From positions 155,520 through 213,061 of the forward strand of contig JAIOOW010000002.1 in assembly GCA_021414205.1 (NCBI GenBank): a stretch of DNA of 57,542 nt, written 5' to 3'. Below are positions 40,358 to 50,247 of this stretch, piece after piece (within the stretch, counting starts at the first letter, position 1; each line of letters starts with the position of its first letter). The notes beneath the pieces are model-generated. The model was not told the origin of the DNA and did not search any database. It saw only the letters and a program-made list of their open reading frames with translations. The translations under genes were made by a program, and so were the position numbers. Origin of the DNA: Candidatus Anderseniibacteriota bacterium (GTDB lineage: Bacteria; Patescibacteriota; Andersenbacteria; UBA10190).

Positions 40358-41422
40358 ATGTCATTAAAAATCGGCTTATTTACGGTATTTTCTTTGGTAT
40401 GTCTTTCTATTGCTGGATTTGCGACATACATATTTTTTACAAACGAGCCGAGGATATCTCAAGAAACTCATAAGCTCTTTGGGCAATTGCCGATATCAAA
40501 AACAATACAAGATATCCAGCAATTCACTAATCCGAGCCCATCGCCAACACCAAGTGCTCCGCAAGAATTTAGCACCGTATGGTTTACAGATTATTCCGGC
40601 GATCGCATCACCGCGATCAATCGCGCAACAGGCCAAGTAGCGTGGAATCAAGTATTCGCGTTTCCATCTATTACAGAAAGTGGCCAGGCGTCCAACGTCG
40701 AATTCATGACCATTGCACCCAATGGCGATATTATGGCAACAACATCGAACGGCATGCTGATTCAGGAATTAGACCGCACAAGCCATGAGGTCGTATGGCA
40801 ATATGGCGTATTAAACCAGCAATATTGCGACAAATGCTTGCACCAACCCAAAAAAGCATATTTATTTAATAACGGCACAGAAGTATTAGTAACAGACGCA
40901 AATAACAGGCGCGTTATCATTATTAATAAAGCTACAAAGCAAATTGTCTGGCAATACGGGCATAAGGCGGAGATGAAGGATGCTGTGGGGTATTTAAAAG
41001 GAAATCGGTTCGCCATGCCGCTCGATGATCAAGGTTCTCGAATTTTAATTTCCGACACGCTTACAAATAAAATTATGATCATTGATCGAGCGACGAAAAA
41101 TATCGTGTGGCAGTGGCAAGATATTCAAGGCAAATGGCTGCAAAACGTGTTCCCAAATGCAGACGGAACATTTGTAGCGGAAGATCATTTAAAAAATGAG
41201 GTGTTTGAAGTGAATGAAAATGGCCAAATCCTATGGACCTTGCACCAACTCAAGGACGGATCAACGCTAAACTATCCAACAGATGCCATCAAGCTCGGAA
41301 ACGGAAATATTCTCATTGCAGAAGGTGGTAAGCGCAGAATTATTGAAGTAAATCCGCAGACCGGCGAAATCGTATGGCAATACAACAAAGCGGGGCTTAT
41401 CACGTCAATCGCGGTCGAATAA
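40358..41422 (+). CDS. Membrane-anchored beta-propeller protein (PQQ/arylsulfotransferase-like repeats)
   Basis: N-terminal TM; repeated VLVTDxxNxRV and T.xIVWQY blades. Confidence 0.8.
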   Translation: MSLKIGLFTVFSLVCLSIAGFATYIFFTNEPRISQETHKLFGQLPISKTIQDIQQFTNPSPSPTPSAPQEFSTVWFTDYSGDRITAINRATGQVAWNQVFAFPSITESGQASNVEFMTIAPNGDIMATTSNGMLIQELDRTSHEVVWQYGVLNQQYCDKCLHQPKKAYLFNNGTEVLVTDANNRRVIIINKATKQIVWQYGHKAEMKDAVGYLKGNRFAMPLDDQGSRILISDTLTNKIMIIDRATKNIVWQWQDIQGKWLQNVFPNADGTFVAEDHLKNEVFEVNENGQILWTLHQLKDGSTLNYPTDAIKLGNGNILIAEGGKRRIIEVNPQTGEIVWQYNKAGLITSIAVE

Positions 41423-41424
41423 CA

Positions 41425-41994
41425 CTATTTCGTTTTAAATTTCGGACCATGCCCGGGGATTACAAAATCGGACTGCGCAAGAACAAGCGCCCGACTTTTC
41501 ACAAGCTCGTCTACATCCGTTGCATACACATCTGACTGCGTATCGCCTTTCCACCAGAACACATCGCCACAGATTGCGACACCCCCCTCTTCCGTCGTCA
41601 CGAATATCGTCAAACTATCATACGTATGCCCGGGAGTTGGTTGAATGCGAATTAATTCGTGCAACGACTTGGGATTCGTATCATAATCAACACCATTCCA
41701 CATTGCCCACGCATCAACAACAGGAACATCTGCGAACATCCCGGAATTGCGATTGTGGTCCAAATGATGGTGCGTATGAATAACGTGCGTAATATCAGAA
41801 ACGTTCACGCCACGCACTTTCAAAGCATCAACAATATCTGATTGTTTTTCTACCGTTCCGGGATCAACGATGATCACCAAATCATCAGTGCGTATCAACA
41901 CAATATTCGGTCGATATCGGGCAGTTCCATGTTGTTTCAGGCTTGCTTCATCGGCAAACCCCCCTATAAGCACATCCAATCTCACCTTAGCCAT
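41425..41994 (-). CDS. Metallo-beta-lactamase-fold hydrolase
   Basis: IVDPG, THHHLDH (HxHxDH), TPGHT, GD, PGHG. Confidence 0.92.
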   Translation of the reverse strand: MAKVRLDVLIGGFADEASLKQHGTARYRPNIVLIRTDDLVIIVDPGTVEKQSDIVDALKVRGVNVSDITHVIHTHHHLDHNRNSGMFADVPVVDAWAMWNGVDYDTNPKSLHELIRIQPTPGHTYDSLTIFVTTEEGGVAICGDVFWWKGDTQSDVYATDVDELVKSRALVLAQSDFVIPGHGPKFKTK

Positions 41995-42061
41995 ATAATG
42001 ACAGTAAACTAATCTATACAACCTAGCAAAATCAATCGAAAAACAGTATTATTGAGAACAC

Positions 42062-43288
42062 ATGCGTATTGTTTGGAAAAAGGTGACTAGCATCGTCGTG
42101 TTAGCTAGTATGTTCTTCGCGGTTGCTTTGCAATCTGCGCAGGCTGTTACATGCACTGATGCCGAAAGCTGTAATGCAGCTATTAAAGTTCTCCAAGCAA
42201 AACTGGCCCAGGGCCAGCAAAAAATTAACGAGAAACAACAAACTGCCTACAGCTACAAACAGGCTTTAGCAGATTTAGGGAGCAAGCTCCAAACAACCCA
42301 AACTCAAATCAAAGACACGCAAGGCAAGATAGCAGATACTTCAACTCAGATTGACCAGGTGTCAGGATACATAGATTCCGAACAGCAGCAGCTTACCCAA
42401 CTCCAAGCACAGCTCGAATCTGAAATCGTGCAGTTGTATACAGAATCGCAAACACCTCAGCTTGCCATCCTTCTTTCCGGTTCTTCGTTTTCCGAAGTAA
42501 CTAACGACATGGACTACTTAAAGCAATTACAAGACAACATCCAGAAACGAGTGAATGATACACGCGCACTACAAGCGGACTTGCAACAGCAGAAAGATAA
42601 TCTCCAAAAACAAAAAGATTCTTTAAGTAATCTCCACGAGAACTTAACGGGGCACCAAAAAGATTTGTCGTATCAAACGAATCAAACGAATTATTTACTA
42701 TCCGCAACCAAAGCGCAGATTCAATCATATGCAGCAGACCAAGCAGTCATTAAGCAGCAAATTGCAGAAACGCAACGAAAGTTACAGAACTTAGTAGCTC
42801 AAGCCCATTGGGGAAATGATATCGTATCTGCTCCCGCAGAATCCTGGTCGTACAATCAATTAAATTATTACGACACACTCGGATACAGTCCGTACACCGT
42901 GCATGATTATGGATGCCTTATCACTTCGCTTGCCATGGTTGCCACAAAAAAGGGATACCATATCACCCCTGCGCAAATTGCAAATCATCCAAGCTGGTTT
43001 ACTCGAGGCGGATATGCAAACACAAACGCAGTTGCATCAGGTGTCGGCCTTTCTATTCAAGAAAAAGCTGGGGTTAATTGGGCGACCGTCGACGATGAGC
43101 TCAAGGCAGGACACCCAGTTATCGTCAGCATCTACCTACCTCAAGTAGGCGCAATTAATTCCGACGGATCATCCCACTTTATCGTCATACAAGGAAAGGT
43201 TGGCAACTCATACCAAATGCAGGACCCGCTCGGACAAAATAGAAGCTATGGATTAAATTATGTTCGCTCAATGATTATTTTACGATAA
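42062..43288 (+). CDS. Secreted coiled-coil (CwlO/PcsB-like) protein with a C-terminal C39-like cysteine peptidase domain
   Basis: Signal peptide, Q/K/L heptads, then Q..GCLITSLAM (Cys), SHFIVI (His), QDP (Asp). Confidence 0.8.
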   Translation: MRIVWKKVTSIVVLASMFFAVALQSAQAVTCTDAESCNAAIKVLQAKLAQGQQKINEKQQTAYSYKQALADLGSKLQTTQTQIKDTQGKIADTSTQIDQVSGYIDSEQQQLTQLQAQLESEIVQLYTESQTPQLAILLSGSSFSEVTNDMDYLKQLQDNIQKRVNDTRALQADLQQQKDNLQKQKDSLSNLHENLTGHQKDLSYQTNQTNYLLSATKAQIQSYAADQAVIKQQIAETQRKLQNLVAQAHWGNDIVSAPAESWSYNQLNYYDTLGYSPYTVHDYGCLITSLAMVATKKGYHITPAQIANHPSWFTRGGYANTNAVASGVGLSIQEKAGVNWATVDDELKAGHPVIVSIYLPQVGAINSDGSSHFIVIQGKVGNSYQMQDPLGQNRSYGLNYVRSMIILR

Positions 43289-43298
43289 TACTATTTTT

Positions 43299-43643
43299 AT
43301 GAATATCTTTTTAAAATGGATTGTAAATGCACTCGCCGTCATTCTTACAGCATATGTATTACCCGGCGTTGCAGTAACCGGTCTTGGCACAGCGCTCTTG
43401 GTTGCGCTCGTGCTTGGTTTATTAAATATTTTAATTAAACCATTCCTAATCCTCCTTACTCTGCCGATAACAATCCTAACTCTCGGATTATTTACGTTTA
43501 TTATTAATGCGGTGTTAGTGATGCTCACCAGCAGGATCGTTCCCGGGTTTTTTGTTCAGGATTTTTGGTACGGGTTACTATTTAGCTTAGTATTCTCTAT
43601 TGTTACATCAGCATTCTCAGCACTAGAGCAGCAAACAAACTAA
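43299..43643 (+). CDS. YvlD/4-TMS phage-holin-family membrane protein
   Basis: ALVLGLLNILIKPFLILLTLPITILTLGLFTFIINA signature. Confidence 0.9.
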   Translation: MNIFLKWIVNALAVILTAYVLPGVAVTGLGTALLVALVLGLLNILIKPFLILLTLPITILTLGLFTFIINAVLVMLTSRIVPGFFVQDFWYGLLFSLVFSIVTSAFSALEQQTN

Positions 43644-43821
43644 CGATACTTGCAATTTTATCAATATCGTTTCATAATGCGATATTAGCTTTTTAAGGCT
43701 AAGTCGTTCTTTACAACAGATGTAGGGCAATTGTGTTTTAGAAAGGGACCAATATCGCCTTGCGAACAGTGAATTGCGTTGAAATCCACAGCTCACCCCT
43801 CAAAAGTTTCGGAGAATTCAG

Positions 43822-44943
43822 ATGATGAGATGGATCGCATGCGCCCTGTTACTGGTATCGGCGAATACCTTGCTGGCCCACCCCGGCCACAAGCATGCCA
43901 AAGGAGAACGGATCGTGATGATCAATGAAAACTTCGCCGAGGAGCAGAAGACAGACGGCCAAGGCGACTGGGTATTCAAATACCGATCAGACCTCTCGAC
44001 CGTTCCGGTGGAAGAACGATTTCTCTTGGCTGCCCACGGCGGCTTTGCCACTGACCCCGCTACGAACATCACCTACTTCGGACTGCCAGGCACCGGGGTC
44101 ATTCAAATCTCTCCGGACCTCACTTCGATGAAGGTCATTGGCGGGGACACGGGCCTGTTTAATCCTCAAGGAGAATTGTGGAACTACCACAATACTTGCA
44201 TTGTGGATCATGCGGGCACGAAGTATCTAGGACTTGCCGGAAATAACTCGGGTCGCGTCTGGGTGGTTGGGTTAGATGGAAAAATCCACAACACCTTCAC
44301 CGCGCCGCCCGAAGGCAATGGCCAGGGCGCAACCGATCTTGTCCAAATTCCCAAAAGCGGAAATCTCAAGATCACGTACGGATATGGTGATAACTTCATC
44401 TACGAGGCATCGCCATTTGCAGGCGACTTGAACCAAGGCGTTTGGAATCCAGGACGCTTCGGCGGCAAAGGACCGCGCGAAAAAACAGGCGTATTCAACA
44501 CCCCGCACGGCATCGCGCTGTTTCCAGGAGGAGAAAGGATTGCAATCGCCGACCGCGGATATGGCCGGGTTCAGATTACAAACCTGGAAGGTGTGGTAGA
44601 AACTGTGTGGGATCTCAAGAGAGATGACGGAAAGTGGCCGCTCCCCTGCGATGTCAATTTTTCTCCAGACGGCACGCTTGCCGTTGTAGGCAACCTGGAT
44701 GACGCTAATGGGAAACCGGCAAACTTCCTCATCGTGGATACAAAAACTGGCAAGACGCTTTCGAGCGTCACACCAGCAACGCTTGGTGTTCCCAACAGTC
44801 GCCACATCCACAATACAACATTCCGCTACGTGGACATCGGCGACGGTAAAACGGAAGTGTACGTACTGTGCTTGTTCTGGAACCCGGGAGGTTACGGAGT
44901 ATTCCAGAAAGTCCAGCCATGGCACAAACCGGCGACGACATAA
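43822..44943 (+). CDS. Secreted NHL-type beta-propeller protein in a GC-rich islet
   Basis: Signal peptide, HPGHKH, blades with HGGF, YHNT, TPHGI, IADRG..RVQ, PCDV and IHNT. Confidence 0.8.
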   Translation: MMRWIACALLLVSANTLLAHPGHKHAKGERIVMINENFAEEQKTDGQGDWVFKYRSDLSTVPVEERFLLAAHGGFATDPATNITYFGLPGTGVIQISPDLTSMKVIGGDTGLFNPQGELWNYHNTCIVDHAGTKYLGLAGNNSGRVWVVGLDGKIHNTFTAPPEGNGQGATDLVQIPKSGNLKITYGYGDNFIYEASPFAGDLNQGVWNPGRFGGKGPREKTGVFNTPHGIALFPGGERIAIADRGYGRVQITNLEGVVETVWDLKRDDGKWPLPCDVNFSPDGTLAVVGNLDDANGKPANFLIVDTKTGKTLSSVTPATLGVPNSRHIHNTTFRYVDIGDGKTEVYVLCLFWNPGGYGVFQKVQPWHKPATT

Positions 44944-44973
44944 CGTCATCGCCAATAATAACCTTTTGATCGC

Positions 44974-45008
44974 ACGGCGCGCTTCACACCAGAAGCCGCC
45001 GTTTTTTT
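44974..45008 (+). terminator. Intrinsic terminator
   Basis: ACGGCGCGCTTC-acacca-GAAGCCGCCGT followed by a T-run. Confidence 0.7.
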
Positions 45009-45088
45009 ATATATAAAAAAACGCCTGCCGCTGGGTGTATCGCTCACGCAATACAAGAACAACGACAGGCGGGCAACGCGACCACGCA

Positions 45089-45334
45089 CTACTTCTTCGG
45101 AATCGGACCCTTCCAAATCAAGTCCTCTGGAATTCGGAAGTCGAACGGGACTTCGATCACGAGCGGAACATCCGGTCCATCGATGCAATTCACGCCCGGA
45201 TCCAGAACGACCACTTTGGTTTTCGGAAAGATTCGATGCTTCTGGTCTCGAAAATCCTTACTCGAAAATCCAGCTTGAACCATGCCCGCCATCGCGATCC
45301 ACGCCAATACAGGTACCAACACAAACTTTCGCAT
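45089..45334 (-). CDS. Small secreted hypothetical protein
   Basis: MRKFVLVPVLAWIAMAGMVQA signal peptide; AGGGG SD. Confidence 0.6.
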   Translation of the reverse strand: MRKFVLVPVLAWIAMAGMVQAGFSSKDFRDQKHRIFPKTKVVVLDPGVNCIDGPDVPLVIEVPFDFRIPEDLIWKGPIPKK

Positions 45335-45458
45335 CTTCGAAACCCCTTGATGAAACGTGCAAACCACCACCGCAATTTCTGGATTATAATGCAAAATACA
45401 TAGTTGTCAATACTAGGAGTGACTTACAATACATACCCATACCTGTAATACTAGATAT

Positions 45459-46154
45459 ATGAAAACACCTCTTGTAAGCGTTCTTGTTGCTGCGTATAAC
45501 TCCGAAGATTTTATAGAAGACGCCCTACAAAGCGTGTGGGACCAAACATACAAGAATTACGAAATTATTGTGGTGAATGACGGATCAACTGATACAACAG
45601 CATCAAAACTGAACCAATGGAAACATAGAATAACTATTATAGAGAAAGAAAATGGCGGCATTGCGAGTGCTCGCAATGCAGGACTCGCCGCAACAAAAGG
45701 CAATTTTATCGCAATTCTTGATGCTGATGATGTATGGCTGCCAACAAAACTTTCCGAACAAATGGAATATTTTCGGAGCCACCCCGCTGTAAGCATTGTT
45801 TTTTCTTTAGCTCAAAACGTATTGCACAAAGATCTTGTGCATAGGAATAATATATCGCCAAAGCCATTCCCAATCATAGCGGCTCATATACCCGGAAACT
45901 GCATGGTGAGAAAAAATATATTCAATCAGATCGGATATTTTAACGAATCCATAATTTTAGGAGAGTTTGCAGAATGGTACGGCAAAGCATTGAACGCAAA
46001 TATCAAGATGGGCTGCGTTGATTCCCTGCTACTCCTTCGGCGCATTCACGGAAATAACATTGGAATCAAGGAAAAGAAGCGCTTTAACGATTACCTCCAT
46101 ATTTTAAAAAGAAAGATCGATGCCCAAAAAGCGCCTGCAGAATCGTCCGACTAA
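45459..46154 (+). CDS. GT2 family glycosyltransferase
   Basis: VSVLVAAYN, VNDGSTD, NGGIASARNAG, LDADD.W.P.KL. Confidence 0.95.
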   Translation: MKTPLVSVLVAAYNSEDFIEDALQSVWDQTYKNYEIIVVNDGSTDTTASKLNQWKHRITIIEKENGGIASARNAGLAATKGNFIAILDADDVWLPTKLSEQMEYFRSHPAVSIVFSLAQNVLHKDLVHRNNISPKPFPIIAAHIPGNCMVRKNIFNQIGYFNESIILGEFAEWYGKALNANIKMGCVDSLLLLRRIHGNNIGIKEKKRFNDYLHILKRKIDAQKAPAESSD

Positions 46155-47264
46155 TTGAGAAAATCTCAGCGCCACAATCGCAGGAACTGCCATAAGCGAC
46201 GGAGTTTGGCATAAAAATTTCAAGAATCTGCCAACTTGCTTCATACTGTTCTCGATAGTATATGGCCGGGATAGCGATTTCACATACCGCCACCAATACA
46301 GCTCAATTGCCGGAATAATTCGAGTATATGTATCTTTCGATTCCAAATACGTCATTCGCCGATCAGGAAGCGAAACGGGGGTGTTTTGCAACTGATCAAG
46401 AACCCATTCGGGAATATCAACAAACGATTGATCGCTTAAGTATCGCAATGCAACACCGACCGATAGCGTCGTACGCATGCGTTGAGAAAGATCCACGACA
46501 AAACGCCAATCTACTTGCCCGGAACGAATAATAAATACCGCATCAAGTATCCACTTTAACTGAATACCATCTTTTCCATTCCAACCCAGTGCATGAGCGC
46601 ACACATGGACTACATGGTAACTAGAAGAAAGCGTCATCGCCTTGCGATTCTGAATACCGATATGTTGAGTACCCTCGGCAAGCATCGCCCAATCGTCATC
46701 TTGTAAATACCCGTGCAATAGATGGCAATGCATATCCAAAATTCCCGACGAAGTATACAAACTCATCTCATGAAAAAAGTCTGACTGAAACAATTCGATA
46801 GCAGTATGCGTGCGATAGGCCGGATAGCGCTTGCATATCAGACCGATTGCTTCTGAGAAGCGATGCGCTGGAATCATCATATCTACATCATCGATTGAGC
46901 GCGCACCGATATCATTTCCATAATATAAAAAAATAAACGCCGCCCCCTTAAGCAGCATAAAAGGAATACTATTACTATCGAGCACATCCATTACTTTTTC
47001 TGCCTCATTAAGCAGTAAAGAATTTTTAAGCCACGAAGCCTGATACGCATTTTTACATACCGTAATCCATGCATCTTCCGGAAGAAGTCGCAGGAGCTTC
47101 CTATATGCAAACGGGAATAGCCGTAGGCTTCCATGGTCTAAATCCTCATAGTTGCCAGCAACAGCCTTCCACTGATTCCACAACGCAGAAAACTGATCAT
47201 CCGGAGCAAGCAGTGCCCGAATAAGCAGCCCCTGTGTCGCACTCGGAAATACAAATATGCTCAT
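46104..47264 (-). CDS. Nucleotidyltransferase (NTP_transf_5-like, as found in lasso-peptide clusters)
   Basis: LLKGAA...YY.......RSIDDVDMMIP, DMH, HVCAH, W..D. Confidence 0.85.
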   Translation of the reverse strand: MSIFVFPSATQGLLIRALLAPDDQFSALWNQWKAVAGNYEDLDHGSLRLFPFAYRKLLRLLPEDAWITVCKNAYQASWLKNSLLLNEAEKVMDVLDSNSIPFMLLKGAAFIFLYYGNDIGARSIDDVDMMIPAHRFSEAIGLICKRYPAYRTHTAIELFQSDFFHEMSLYTSSGILDMHCHLLHGYLQDDDWAMLAEGTQHIGIQNRKAMTLSSSYHVVHVCAHALGWNGKDGIQLKWILDAVFIIRSGQVDWRFVVDLSQRMRTTLSVGVALRYLSDQSFVDIPEWVLDQLQNTPVSLPDRRMTYLESKDTYTRIIPAIELYWWRYVKSLSRPYTIENSMKQVGRFLKFLCQTPSLMAVPAIVALRFSQLVGRFCRRFLGIDLSF

Positions 47265-48856
47265 AGAGTGATTATGCGCCCGTCAGAAATTTCATACCGT
47301 GCATCAGCGATCGCAATCAAGCTCTGGTCATGAGTAATGCAAATGATTGTTGTTGTGGGTAATAAAGACTTCAGCCGAGCAAATAATACATTGCGATATT
47401 CCTCATCTAAATGATTTGTCGCCTCATCTAGGAAAAGAATCTTTGGTCTTCGCTCCAATGCGCGAGAAATCATCAGGCGCTGCTTCTCACCTCCCGAAAG
47501 AGACGCCGTGTCTCTCGTACCATCTATAAAAAAATCGCTGCGACCCAACACAGAGACTTGCCCCCCGCCTAATCCGTACTGCTCGTTCTCTTTTACGCTC
47601 GCATTCAAAAAAATCGCTTCTTGAGAAACCACTCCTATCTGCCGGCGATACGATGAAATATCAATAGTTCTCAAGCTTGCACCGTCAATAAAAATATCTC
47701 CCGCATCAGGCACCAACAATCCGAGTATTGCGAAAAGAAGCGTCGTTTTCCCTGCTCCATTCTTCCCCTCAACAACAGATAATTCTCCTGCCTTAAATAC
47801 CGCGTTCGCATTCCGTAGGATCGTATCACCTCCAACAGAAAGAGATATATTTCGTAAAGAAATTTCTCCCTTGACCTCGTGGTGCACCGTACCGGAATAT
47901 GGCGTTTCTTGGGAAATAGCGAGCACCTGCTCAATGCGAGATAATGCGTCATGCAACATAACTACATGAGGCCACCCCATAAACAGCGTTGCAATCTGCG
48001 CTCGCAACAGAGAAAACCCTACGAAAAACGAAACAACCTGACTGATAGAAAGCTCTCCTCGGGAACTTAAAAAGAAGCCAAAGCCCAGCAAAACAATACC
48101 GAATACTGCCCCTACCCCTTCTTGAAACAATTGCAATATCGTCTGCTGGTACGCGAGCTTGCCTCCGGACTGCCTGACATTACCTACAAGATCTTCATAC
48201 GCGCTATCCTCTGCCCGCTCAGCTGTTTGCATCTTTACCAGCTCCCATGCGCGAATCGTAAATCCGACGCGTTCTTCAAATGAAACCATGGCTCGGCGGA
48301 AACGCTCCTGCAATGTCGACACTTTATTTCTCGAATACACTAAAGCTATAAGACCGAGCGGGAGCACGCCGCAAGAAATAAGAAATAAGACCGGGGAAAG
48401 CACAAAGAGCGCACCCAGCAATACAACCATCGATATGATCGCCGGCAATACTTGGCTTAATCCAATAGTTAATGCGAGATCCAATCGATACGTATCATTC
48501 ACAATCACGTCCTTGAGCCCTTCCGCATATTGCGCCCATGCGGATCGATGATGACTTTTCACAATTGTACGCACTGCATCGTGTTGCACCTTTTGAACCC
48601 CCTCTTTTACTACCTTAACTATCCCAAACCGGCTCATTGCGGAAAGGGCGATATCGACACTGCTCACCAAAAGCAGTGCTACGAGCGCACTTGCGATGCT
48701 ATCCCACCGAGAGTTAGGAACGCGATCAATAATGAATCGCAATATCAGCGGTATCGGTAACACCATAAATCCATGAATAACGGCGAGCAAGACATACCAT
48801 GCAAGCCGAGCTTTCTGCACAGAAAAATAACGAGACAATGTTTTTACAGTATTCAT
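47261..48856 (-). CDS. ABC exporter, fused permease/ATPase, without a C39 peptidase domain
   Basis: N-terminal TM domain; GKNGAGKTT, LSGGEKQR, LFLDEATNHLD, ITH. Confidence 0.95.
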   Translation of the reverse strand: MNTVKTLSRYFSVQKARLAWYVLLAVIHGFMVLPIPLILRFIIDRVPNSRWDSIASALVALLLVSSVDIALSAMSRFGIVKVVKEGVQKVQHDAVRTIVKSHHRSAWAQYAEGLKDVIVNDTYRLDLALTIGLSQVLPAIISMVVLLGALFVLSPVLFLISCGVLPLGLIALVYSRNKVSTLQERFRRAMVSFEERVGFTIRAWELVKMQTAERAEDSAYEDLVGNVRQSGGKLAYQQTILQLFQEGVGAVFGIVLLGFGFFLSSRGELSISQVVSFFVGFSLLRAQIATLFMGWPHVVMLHDALSRIEQVLAISQETPYSGTVHHEVKGEISLRNISLSVGGDTILRNANAVFKAGELSVVEGKNGAGKTTLLFAILGLLVPDAGDIFIDGASLRTIDISSYRRQIGVVSQEAIFLNASVKENEQYGLGGGQVSVLGRSDFFIDGTRDTASLSGGEKQRLMISRALERRPKILFLDEATNHLDEEYRNVLFARLKSLLPTTTIICITHDQSLIAIADARYEISDGRIITL

Positions 48857-49533
48857 TTCGCTTTTTTAACAATCAAGGAAAGAAGTTCCCTATTATAGTT
48901 TGCGCGCTCCGATAGGCTCAAAATATGGGATGCATTTTTTTGATGCACTCTTTTTTTCCATAGCAATTGTTCCACCGTGCCAATCTCATACCCAGCCTTC
49001 AGAACGCGCGCTACCCAATCAGTATCGCTGGCGATACTATATTGCGGATCAAACGCTCCTACGTATGAGAATAATTGCTTTCGTATCAGCCAGGCGGAAG
49101 GGCTCAGGTTTCGATGCATAACATCCAAAAAACCGTCGCGAACCCATCCTGGCTTTTGAACACCATTTTCTAAAAACCCTTCGCATAATGGCACACACAT
49201 GTGAATATCTGGATGCTTTTCCAGATATTCAACTTGCGCAGAAATTTTCCTAGGGAGAAATATATCATCATTATCTAAAAAAGAAATATACTCTCCGCGT
49301 GCGGCAGCAAAGCCCTTATTCCTCGCCGATGCAACGCCGCTATTTTTTTGATCAATGATGCGAATATATTCTGCATATGTTCTCAATATATCAGCCGACG
49401 CATCTGTAGACCCATCATTAACCGCAATAATCTCGAGGGGAGCATAGTCTTGCGCAAGAATGCTTTCTATCGCCTGCTCTAAAAAATGCTCAGCATTGTA
49501 TACCGGAATAACAACGGAAACGAGCGGGTTCAT
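48853..49533 (-). CDS. GT2 family glycosyltransferase
   Basis: VSVVIPVYN, VNDGSTD, NSGVASARNKG, FLDNDD. Confidence 0.95.
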   Translation of the reverse strand: MNPLVSVVIPVYNAEHFLEQAIESILAQDYAPLEIIAVNDGSTDASADILRTYAEYIRIIDQKNSGVASARNKGFAAARGEYISFLDNDDIFLPRKISAQVEYLEKHPDIHMCVPLCEGFLENGVQKPGWVRDGFLDVMHRNLSPSAWLIRKQLFSYVGAFDPQYSIASDTDWVARVLKAGYEIGTVEQLLWKKRVHQKNASHILSLSERANYNRELLSLIVKKAK

Positions 49534-50231
49534 AGCGCGCTATTTTTTAAAGATAAAATCTCGCGCGCTCCTCGGCGCTTGAGCGATGCACCCAGCACGC
49601 GAAGCAACGACGTATCACCAGATTTTAGCGCATGTGTTGTGTTCGTATCATGGATGCGATAAAAGCTTACAGCATCAGGAATCTTTGCAATTACCGCCCC
49701 TACTTCTACCGCCCTAAAGAACCAATCGACATCCTCATGGAGCAGATATTTCTCGTTCAGCATTCCGATTTCTTCAAATGCGCTTGCGCGAATTACGGCA
49801 GCCCCCAAAGACGGCAACAACTCCCCCTTGCCTAAAAAGTTTTCTCGAGAAGGCGCGCCGCCCGACACAAATCGCTGCACATGACCCATTGCAATCTGAA
49901 GGGCGGGATTTTTTTCATATTCAGAGAGCAGCAGCGCCACATGATGTTCCGTCCAAATATCATCAGCATCCAAAAAGGCCACATACTCTCCGCGCGCTCT
50001 GCGCAATCCCGCATTTCGAGCTGATGCCGGACCTTTATTTTCCTGCGTGATATATACAATGTTTTCTATCCATGATTCAAGCGCCTGCCTAATATCGTCG
50101 GTAGAGCCGTCATTAATAACAATAATTTCATACGGCAACTTCCCCATTGCAATTTCTATGCTGGCAAGAGCATCGCCAATATATTGAGAGGCATTATACA
50201 CAGGAACAACAACACTTATCATCGGGGCCAT
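49530..50231 (-). CDS. GT2 family glycosyltransferase
   Basis: ISVVVPVYN, INDGSTD, NKGPASARNAG, FLDADD, EDVDW. Confidence 0.95.
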   Translation of the reverse strand: MAPMISVVVPVYNASQYIGDALASIEIAMGKLPYEIIVINDGSTDDIRQALESWIENIVYITQENKGPASARNAGLRRARGEYVAFLDADDIWTEHHVALLLSEYEKNPALQIAMGHVQRFVSGGAPSRENFLGKGELLPSLGAAVIRASAFEEIGMLNEKYLLHEDVDWFFRAVEVGAVIAKIPDAVSFYRIHDTNTTHALKSGDTSLLRVLGASLKRRGAREILSLKNSAL

Positions 50232-50247
50232 ATAGTAAAATAGTATC

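Noticed and set aside
42062-43288. C39-like protein as the missing leader peptidase of the RiPP-like cluster
   Set aside because: It has a signal peptide and CwlO-like stalk typical of wall hydrolases and is separated from the cluster by unrelated genes.
43757-43790. Weak resemblance (ATCGC..TTG.GAACAG..TTGCG) to the 39-bp repeat
   Set aside because: Requires large gaps and lacks the palindromic core.
44272-44955. 227-aa antisense ORF in the GC-rich propeller gene
   Set aside because: Expected shadow of a GC-rich gene; no independent signals.
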